Shown: in pieces, positions 58,492 to 64,000 of the stretch | How positions within the stretch are numbered: position 1 is the stretch's first letter | Layout of the letters: each line of letters starts with the position of its first letter | NCBI GenBank assembly: GCA_964456475.1 | Contig: CAYVZI010000004.1 | Coordinates: 7,604 to 71,603 of the forward strand | Reading direction: 5' to 3' | Source: an uncultured Candidatus Saccharibacteria bacterium | GTDB lineage: Bacteria; Patescibacteriota; Minisyncoccia; Phycocordibacterales; UBA9973 | DNA: 64,000 bases | Translations under genes and position numbers: made by a program | Notes under the pieces: generated by a model | Database searches by the model: none | Seen by the model: the letters and a program-made list of their open reading frames with translations, nothing else | What the model was told of the DNA's origin: nothing

Positions 58492-58532
58492 ATGAACAGT
58501 ATATAGCTTATAGAGTATAGCGTATAGGGGTA

Positions 58533-58562
58533 TTGACTTTTAGCACAGATATGTGATATAAT
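58533..58562 (+). promoter_or_regulatory. strong sigma70 promoter driving the DGR target gene (TTGACT-N18-TGaTATAAT)
   Basis: ggggtattgacttttagcacagatatgtgatataatatacaag; near-identical to 44307-44335. Confidence 0.45.
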
Positions 58563-58619
58563 ATACAAGATACATTCATTTCAAACAAGGCTGTCAAAAG
58601 CCTTTAAAAACACATTGTC

Positions 58620-59315
58620 ATGGCAGAAAAATTCAATGTCACAGGCGAACAAGATCTCAACATCGACAAACAGATGTTTGAAATCAAGAGGCAGATCCGT
58701 CAGAAAGGCGGTAGCCCAATTGACCCAAAACTTGTCGCCCTTGCATTGCAAGACGTAGTTATGGGGAAGTTCCATTCTGAAATTATGAAAGACAAGGTTG
58801 TATCGCAACCGAATTTTTCATTTTTAGAAATCAAGCAAACAGGAATTGTTATTCCCTGTCTTACCGAGCAGTTTATTCCAAACGATATATTTCGGAATAA
58901 CTCAAAAGTAAAATACTATTTGGGGGATAATTACAAAAAGTATTTGGTTGATAAAACGCAACCATTTAATACTCTACCTGAAGCCATTGTTGATAAGTCT
59001 GTCTTGAAGAAGCAGACAACCGATAAGGACATTATGACAGCAATAGGCGTGAGCGAGACCGAAAATCTGCTTTCTGAAGAGGAAATCTTGTATCGCACAA
59101 GTTACTTAACGGAACAACAGCCAAATGGTGAAAAAGGATTACTTCTTACAGATGGAAGCTGGACCATTATTGGTTACTTTCTTTGTAGTGATGGAGTGGT
59201 TCGCGTTGCGGACGTCCGCTGGCTTGGTGGCAGCTGGGACTGTTTCGTGAGCGACCTCGGCTACTGGGGCGAGGGCCTTGAGGTGCTTTCTCGCAACGGT
59301 ATCTTAAAACCTTAA
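58620..59315 (+). CDS. diversity-generating retroelement (DGR) target protein with C-terminal variable region
   Basis: 231 aa; last about 35 codons (VVRVADVRWLGGSWDCFVSDLGYWGEGLEVLSRN) are the VR copy of the TR-encoded VVRVANVNWNGDSWNCNVNDLDNWNKGNEVLSRN (AAC-codon diversification). Confidence 0.8.
   Translation: MAEKFNVTGEQDLNIDKQMFEIKRQIRQKGGSPIDPKLVALALQDVVMGKFHSEIMKDKVVSQPNFSFLEIKQTGIVIPCLTEQFIPNDIFRNNSKVKYYLGDNYKKYLVDKTQPFNTLPEAIVDKSVLKKQTTDKDIMTAIGVSETENLLSEEEILYRTSYLTEQQPNGEKGLLLTDGSWTIIGYFLCSDGVVRVADVRWLGGSWDCFVSDLGYWGEGLEVLSRNGILKP
59195..59300 (+). repeat. DGR variable region (VR)
   Basis: About 106 bp aligned to TR at offset 420 with 18 mismatches, every one at an adenine in TR; ends in conserved gaggtgctttctcg (IMH-like). 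Confidence 0.85.
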
Positions 59316-59344
59316 TTTTCTTGATACTTATAATCTTAAATACT

Positions 59345-59380
59345 TGGACTCTTTGTCCAGGTATTTTTTTTATTACAATA
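59345..59380 (+). terminator. hairpin + T-run downstream of VR (cttggac-tcttt-gtccagg tattttttt)
   Basis: 7-bp stem with G-U, then T8; DGR target genes typically carry a hairpin just 3' of VR. Confidence 0.5.
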
Positions 59381-59614
59381 AGATCATTACCATTGTAATA
59401 AAGAATGCTCACGGGTTTTCTTTCAGTGGCTCAAATCTTGTCGCTCGAGAATAACTATCGGTATGCTGATAGTTAGGGTGGGTGGTTGGATTTTTTAAAA
59501 AAGATATTTTGTTGGTATCGTCATCTAGTGGAGTACGATTCTCTCCCAAATACTATACAGCACAGTCTTTGCATATCTTCGGCTGGCAGTGACACTGATG
59601 GGTGATGGTACGAA

Positions 59615-59720
59615 AGTGGTTCGCGTTGCGAACGTCAACTGGAATGGTGACAGCTGGAACTGTAACGTGAACGACCTCGACAACTGGAACAAGGGCAATG
59701 AGGTGCTTTCTCGAAACACA
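59615..59720 (+). repeat. DGR template repeat (TR)
   Basis: Invariant, adenine-rich partner of VR; the ORF-track ORF 59589..59942 spanning it is considered non-coding. Confidence 0.85.
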
Positions 59721-59737
59721 ACACTTTCTCCTGCAAG

Positions 59738-60079
59738 TTATTTTGTGGGAGTTTTCTTTTCTAGTCCTTTTTTCCATCCGCCGAGCATTTTTCCGATTTC
59801 ATCGAGCTGTGCTGAGAGAGCCATATATTTTTCGTTCGGTACGCATTTGTTTTCCCAGGCGAGTTGCAGAAAGAATTTTACACCGTCGAGTTTGCTGATA
59901 GACATTTCTATTCGCGGAATTTTGCGTTCAACGGGAAGATAGAGCGTCGTAAAGATGCACTCAAGCAGCTCAAGAAAATATGCGTCAATCTTTCCGCCTA
60001 GGCTGTAACGGTAGGCTTTGGGAAAATCTAATAAAATCTTAAACCATAAAGCATAGGAATCTTTTGCTTTCAAAAGCAC
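59738..60079 (-). CDS. avd: Avd-like DGR accessory protein (four-helix bundle), encoded antisense between TR and RT
   Basis: 113 aa, basic; C-terminal EIGKMLGGWKKGLEKK resembles the Bordetella bAvd C-terminus (VGRILGSWIARVNRKGQ) as recalled; pattern LLDFPKAYRYSLGGKID. Confidence 0.6.
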   Translation of the reverse strand: MLLKAKDSYALWFKILLDFPKAYRYSLGGKIDAYFLELLECIFTTLYLPVERKIPRIEMSISKLDGVKFFLQLAWENKCVPNEKYMALSAQLDEIGKMLGGWKKGLEKKTPTK

Positions 60080-60089
60080 GCTCGGGCTA

Positions 60090-60123
<34 letters not shown>

Positions 60124-60133
60124 AAGTTCCGAC

Positions 60134-61222
60134 ATGATACGATGCAGTATAGTGAAAAAGTTTGATAAACGCTACTCGAATATATTTACCTTGGAACTGC
60201 TAATGACCGCTTGGCGGGTATTTTTGAACGGCAAGCGGAAACGAGCGGATGTTATCTTGTTCCAGTCACGATTGATGAATAATATATTTTCCCTGCATCG
60301 CGATATTTCAGAAAGAACATATGTACACGGTGGATATACTGCATTCAATATTTCCGATCCCAAGCCTCGCAGTATTCATAAAGCAACCGTTCGTGACCGA
60401 TTGCTGCATCATCTGATATATCAAGAATTGTATCGGTACTTCGACTCAAAATTCATCTTTGATTCATATTCATGTAGGGTGGAAAAGGGGACACATAAGG
60501 CCATTGATCGATTTCGGGATTTTGGACGGGTTGTTTCAAAGAACAACACTCGGACATGTTTTGTTTTGAAATGCGATATTAGGAAATTCTTTGCCAATAT
60601 AGATCATGTGATCCTGAAAGAAATTTTGGCGAAGCATATTGAGGATGAGGATATTCTTCAGCTTCTTGGAACGGTGATTGATAGTTTTGATACTTCGGAA
60701 CCACCCCGTTTTGACTACAAAACACCCCTCCTTAGTAAAGGAGGGGAAAAAGCCCGAGGTTTACCACTCGGTAACCTTACGAGTCAGCTTTTGGTAAACA
60801 TTTATATGAATGAATTCGACCATTTTATGAAGCGCGAAATGAAAGCGAAGTACTATATTCGTTATGCTGACGATTTCGTTATTTTGAGCGAAGACAAGGC
60901 ATACCTAGAAAATTTGCTTCCGAAAATCGCGGAATTTTTGGAGACAAGACTCAAGCTCTCGCTTCATCCTGACAAAGTCTTCATCAAGACGCTTTCATCA
61001 GGTGTAGATTTTCTTGGTTGGATTCATTTCTCGCATCATCGGGTCTTGCGAACTGCGACAAAGCGGAGAATGTGGAAGCGTTTGGTTGAGATGGAAGGAA
61101 AAATGGAAGTAGTCCATTCATACCTAGGTTTGCTGAGTCACGGAAATGCAGTCATGCTATCAAATGATATTATTTCAACATATGCAACAGAATCATTGCA
61201 AAAAAACCATTTTCTGGTATAG
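60134..61222 (+). CDS. DGR reverse transcriptase
   Basis: RT motifs incl. GLPLGNLTSQLLVNIY (DGR-specific [IVL]GxxxSQ in place of group II QGxxxSP) and YIRYADDFVIL (YADD); about 362 aa; start set at MIRCSIV after the (TG)n tract. Confidence 0.85.
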   Translation: MIRCSIVKKFDKRYSNIFTLELLMTAWRVFLNGKRKRADVILFQSRLMNNIFSLHRDISERTYVHGGYTAFNISDPKPRSIHKATVRDRLLHHLIYQELYRYFDSKFIFDSYSCRVEKGTHKAIDRFRDFGRVVSKNNTRTCFVLKCDIRKFFANIDHVILKEILAKHIEDEDILQLLGTVIDSFDTSEPPRFDYKTPLLSKGGEKARGLPLGNLTSQLLVNIYMNEFDHFMKREMKAKYYIRYADDFVILSEDKAYLENLLPKIAEFLETRLKLSLHPDKVFIKTLSSGVDFLGWIHFSHHRVLRTATKRRMWKRLVEMEGKMEVVHSYLGLLSHGNAVMLSNDIISTYATESLQKNHFLV

Positions 61223-61309
61223 TTTGCGGGTATTGCTCCTTAGCTGTGTCTCGGCGGGAACAAGAAATCTTTACATTATATAGACCATTAATTAACTATT
61301 TAGAATACT

Positions 61310-61564
61310 ATGGCAATCACCAGTTCAGCAAAAAAGGCCATTCGCGTTTCAGCTCGTAAGAAAGTTCTCAACGATCGCCGAAACAAGAATATGAAAGAGG
61401 CTATCAAGAAGCTCGAAAAGTCTGTAAAGGCAGAAGGGAAGGAAGCAGGGGCAAAGATGCTCTCTGCGGCATTCCAAGCTGTCGACAAGGCTGCAAAGCG
61501 CGGAATCATCAAGAAGAATACCGCATCTCGCAAAAAGGCTCGTCTTTCACGTCTCGTAAAATAA
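61310..61564 (+). CDS. rpsT: 30S ribosomal protein S20
   Basis: MAITSSAKKAIRVSARKKVLNDRRNK... basic 84 aa, typical bS20. Confidence 0.85.
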   Translation: MAITSSAKKAIRVSARKKVLNDRRNKNMKEAIKKLEKSVKAEGKEAGAKMLSAAFQAVDKAAKRGIIKKNTASRKKARLSRLVK

Positions 61565-61567
61565 CAA

Positions 61568-61592
61568 AAATCGCCCCTCCGGGCGATTTTTG
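61568..61592 (+). terminator. rho-independent terminator (atcgccc-ctcc-gggcgat + T-run)
   Basis: GC stem followed by ttttgtt. Confidence 0.55.
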
Positions 61593-61613
61593 TTATACTG
61601 TGTCCGGTCTTGA

Positions 61614-61649
61614 TTTTCTACTTACTACTAACTATTTTCTATCAACTAG
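61614..61649. repeat. inverted partner of the 48317-48351 low-complexity element (ttttctacttactactaactattttctatcaactag)
   Basis: Shares the 16-mer tactaactattttcta. Confidence 0.55.
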
Positions 61650-61652
61650 TTT

Positions 61653-61910
61653 ATGGCATTAATCAATTTCTACGGACAGGAATGTCCACATTGTGAAAAA
61701 ATGGAATCAGTCATCCAGAAACTCGAACATGACACGGGTGTGAAAGTTGAACGTCGCGAAGTCTGGCACAGCGACGAAAATATGAAAACTCTCGAAAATT
61801 ATGACAAGGGTGTTTGTGGGGGAGTGCCGTACTTTTATAACACTGAAACTGGAAAATCAATCTGTGGCGAAGCAACGATCGAAGAATTAAAAGAGTGGAG
61901 TGGTAAATAA
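61653..61910 (+). CDS. small thioredoxin/glutaredoxin-like protein (CPHC active site)
   Basis: YGQECPHCEKMESVIQKLE at the N-terminus of an 85-aa protein. Confidence 0.6.
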   Translation: MALINFYGQECPHCEKMESVIQKLEHDTGVKVERREVWHSDENMKTLENYDKGVCGGVPYFYNTETGKSICGEATIEELKEWSGK

Positions 61911-61924
61911 ACATAATTAATATT

Positions 61925-61955
61925 AAAAAATACCTGCATTGACAGGTATTTTTTA
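61925..61955 (+). terminator. rho-independent terminator (aaaaaatacctg-cattga-caggtatttttt)
   Basis: Perfect stem + T-run. Confidence 0.55.
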
Positions 61956-61985
61956 ATATGTTAATATATAATCAAACTTAAAAAA

Positions 61986-62405
61986 ATGAATACAGCAGAA
62001 ACTATAAGTAGCGTGATGCAGGTAATCAACGCTTCAGGATGTTCGCCACTCGCGAACAAAATTTGCACAACGCTCCTTGCGGGTTCGGACGAGCTTACAA
62101 AAGGGTGTTATATTACACTCAGTAGTCCTACTAATTCACCATTTGTTTTTCGTGCTATTCAACATGCTTGGAGAGATATCGAGGATCTGGCTGGTGGTTA
62201 TGGAAAGCTTAATGAAATTCTTACCGCAAGCGGTTTAGAGTTGGAGTTTTTTGCAGCCAACGGACTCCTTGAGGGAGGTAAGTATATAAACAGGGTTTCT
62301 AGCGATACAGCTTGGGCTACTTATTGGCTTTGCAAAAGAAGCGACCAGCAAAAACAGGATTTATTAAAGGAAATACCAGTAAATTACATTCAATTGATTT
62401 CCTGA
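61986..62405 (+). CDS. hypothetical protein
   Basis: 139-aa ORF, no motifs recognised; terminator 62433-62460 follows. Confidence 0.35.
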   Translation: MNTAETISSVMQVINASGCSPLANKICTTLLAGSDELTKGCYITLSSPTNSPFVFRAIQHAWRDIEDLAGGYGKLNEILTASGLELEFFAANGLLEGGKYINRVSSDTAWATYWLCKRSDQQKQDLLKEIPVNYIQLIS

Positions 62406-62501
62406 TAGATAATTTTGCTCAAAAATTGAACGACCTCATAAGGGTCGTTTTTTCTTTACTAATTCTCTAAAATACCGTATAGTTCTAGGCGTTAATTAAA
62501 T

Positions 62502-62573
62502 GATTCTGTCGTTCAACGGATAGGACACTCCCCTGCGAAGGGAGAAATGCAGGTTCGATTCCTGCCAGAATCA
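62502..62573 (+). tRNA. tRNA-Arg with anticodon GCG (unusual for bacteria)
   Basis: Hand-folded: acceptor gattctg/cagaatc, D-arm gttc..ggac, anticodon stem ctccc/gggag with loop cTGCGaa, T-arm gcagg-ttcgatt-cctgc. Confidence 0.7.
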
Positions 62574-62581
62574 CAAAATAC

Positions 62582-62607
62582 AAAACAGCCCCACCCGGGG
62601 CTGTTTT
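62582..62607 (+). terminator. rho-independent terminator after tRNA-Arg (aaaacagcccc-accc-ggggctgtttt)
   Basis: Perfect stem + T-run. Confidence 0.6.
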
Positions 62608-62615
62608 GTATTTTG

Positions 62616-62925
62616 TGATTCTGGAGCGACTGAACTGCTCATTCAGCAGGATGACTCTTGGAGGAAGTCGCGGCAGGAATCGAAAGCCGGAGCACGACGG
62701 TGCGAGGCGGGGTCGCGAACTTTTTCAGCAGAAAAAGATTCGTGACCGATACGTGTACCCACTTCCTGCCAGGAATCGAAAAGGTTCTCCGTTATATTTT
62801 GAAAATTCATTTTCAAAATATCGGAAACCTGTACTGACCCAGTAGGGGTCGATAAGGCTACTGCCGGTCCTGCCAAAGTTGTTATGTAATGACCGATAAG
62901 CGTACTCGCGATCCTGCCAGTATCG
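62616..62925. repeat. array of tRNA-Arg-derived fragments: direct acceptor copy (gattctg), inverted T-arm copy (ggcaggaatcgaaagcc) and three degenerate direct copies of the tRNA 3' end (tcctgccag...), att-site-like
   Basis: cctgccag recurs at about 62765, 62868 and 62913 in addition to the genuine tRNA 3' end at 62561; 15-mer ttttcagcagaaaaa shared with the tRNA-Lys downstream region. Confidence 0.45.
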
Positions 62926-62975
62926 TATTTTCGATCTTCCTGCTCGATTTTGTATCGGCATGCTATATTTTACCT

Positions 62976-63353
62976 ATGACACCTATCACAAAAATACTTC
63001 TTCGTATCGAAGAAAAAGCACGAAAATTTTTTGAACAATTTCCTTTTGCACAGGCATTTCTTGCTGGGGTTGGAATTATATTATTTTGGCGTGGCGTTTG
63101 GCACGGATTTGATGAATTAGGATTATCGTCTCTCTCTTCAATTATTATCGGAGCTCTGCTTCTGGGCGGAGTGGGCGTGTTTATTCAGACAATGATTGGT
63201 AACACTATTATCATCAAAAAAGTGAAGCAAGAAGAACAGATTGAAAAACAGGCAATCAAAAAAATGGAAAAGGAAGTTGTCACTGAAGAAATAACACTGC
63301 TTCAGTTGTCACAAAAGCTCGATCAGTTGATATCCCAGTCAAAAAAGGAGTAA
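62976..63353 (+). CDS. small membrane protein with C-terminal coiled-coil, hypothetical
   Basis: Start trimmed to MTPITKILL; two TM helices. Confidence 0.35.
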   Translation: MTPITKILLRIEEKARKFFEQFPFAQAFLAGVGIILFWRGVWHGFDELGLSSLSSIIIGALLLGGVGVFIQTMIGNTIIIKKVKQEEQIEKQAIKKMEKEVVTEEITLLQLSQKLDQLISQSKKE

Positions 63354-63356
63354 TCA

Positions 63357-63388
63357 AAAAACCGCCCGTATGGGCGGTTTTAAAATCC
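63357..63388. terminator. bidirectional terminator (aaaaaccgccc-gtat-gggcggtttt)
   Basis: Perfect stem with A/T-rich flanks between convergent genes. Confidence 0.55.
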
Positions 63389-63925
63389 GATGTGTTCCAT
63401 TATGCGATGTGTAGCATGCTCGCGCATATCTTCTTTGTGTGGAATCTTTGTTTCAAGTATCTGTACTATTTCTTCTGTGCTAATCGAATTTGGAATGGGG
63501 ATTGAAATGAGTGGAGCAATGATGCGGTCTGATTCAATGAGGAGCTGGTTGCCCATCGTGTGCTCGTCAATCGCAAAACCTTTGATCTTTTTGTATTGAT
63601 AGAGAAAGTTTTTGATTTTGATCCCTTCATTGCTTATGGCAATCTCAATAATTTTCGGAATGCGAGCTGCATAATATCCAAGAAGGACTGACGCCAAAAT
63701 GATAAGAATGGCAAAGAGAACATTGTCGTAGATGACTGCAACAGTAGCACTCGCAAGTGCAATCAGGCCAAGTGCCCAAAACCAATCAGGGGTCTTTTCT
63801 CGGTGCACGTATTCTTCAGTTTGCCACGCAATGTAAATTTTTGAGTCCGCCATATTGCTATGGATTATTGTATCATGTTTTGAGGTGTAGAATATACGAA
63901 GATACATTTCTATGCGAATACTCAA
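63380..63925 (-). CDS. membrane protein, hypothetical
   Basis: 181 aa, two central TM helices. Confidence 0.4.
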   Translation of the reverse strand: MSIRIEMYLRIFYTSKHDTIIHSNMADSKIYIAWQTEEYVHREKTPDWFWALGLIALASATVAVIYDNVLFAILIILASVLLGYYAARIPKIIEIAISNEGIKIKNFLYQYKKIKGFAIDEHTMGNQLLIESDRIIAPLISIPIPNSISTEEIVQILETKIPHKEDMREHATHRIMEHIGF

Positions 63926-64000
63926 GTCTTTTTTGAATATGATTTTTCCAGACCGTTGTGTCGGGTGTGGTATTCGTGGGTTTTTGCTGTGTCGCGAGTG

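Noticed and set aside
59589-59942. 117-aa ORF on the plus strand between the DGR target and the RT
   Set aside because: It is the DGR template repeat read as protein (mirrors the VR peptide). The TR is a non-coding RNA template, and the ORF's C-terminal part overlaps the antisense avd.
62643-62961. Small minus-strand ORFs (62643..62876, 62725..62961) downstream of tRNA-Arg
   Set aside because: They lie across the tRNA-fragment repeat array and have no coding features; likely non-coding integration scars.

Overview
This 64-kb, AT-rich (~40% GC) window looks like a streamlined, CPR/Patescibacteria-like bacterial chromosome around the replication origin. Nearly every inference comes from motifs read directly in the ORF-track translations; no database search was run. 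Because coordinates were hand-counted from the 60-per-line print, short sites and promoters are approximate, as are motif positions generally: the count was found to be off by one nucleotide near 62,940 and may be off elsewhere.

**Core features.** The origin region is the classic rpmH-rnpA-yidD-yidC-jag | dnaA-dnaN layout, with DnaA-box clusters on both sides of dnaA. Housekeeping genes include uvrD, rsmA, ponA (PBP1A), tyrS, ruvC/ruvB/ruvA, pilB, tsaE, plsC-like, polA, holA-like, a DsbB-like/thioredoxin pair, trmH-like, mutM, rpsT, tRNA-Lys(UUU) and tRNA-Arg(GCG).

**Most notable items.**
- A complete diversity-generating retroelement at 58.6-61.2 kb: target gene with a C-terminal VR, a TR whose 18 differences from the VR all fall at TR adenines, an Avd-like gene on the opposite strand, a reverse transcriptase with the IGNLTSQ/YADD motifs, and a (TG)15 microsatellite in the 54-bp avd/RT divergent intergenic region.
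- A DnaA-domain-IV-like HTH fused to an HNH nuclease, encoded exactly between dnaA and dnaN inside the DnaA-box-rich origin region.
- A Gram-positive-type type IV secretion-like locus (about 11.7-29.1 kb): VirB6-like, PrgI-like, VirB4 ATPase, and a VirB2/TrbC-like membrane hairpin fused to an M15 peptidase, with no VirD4 or relaxase in the window. It is interrupted by small cassettes, each bounded by its own stop-codon-rich inverted repeats: two four-helix-bundle (Avd-like) gene cassettes and a GIY-YIG nuclease gene cassette; a third four-helix-bundle cassette lies outside the locus, between ruvC and ruvB (~40 kb).
- Telomere-like G-quadruplex-type repeats, including (CCCCTAA)7, that bracket holA and the uvrD-to-virB6 block.
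- tRNA-derived partial duplications downstream of both tRNA genes.

No rRNA genes, CRISPR arrays or obvious prophage were seen.
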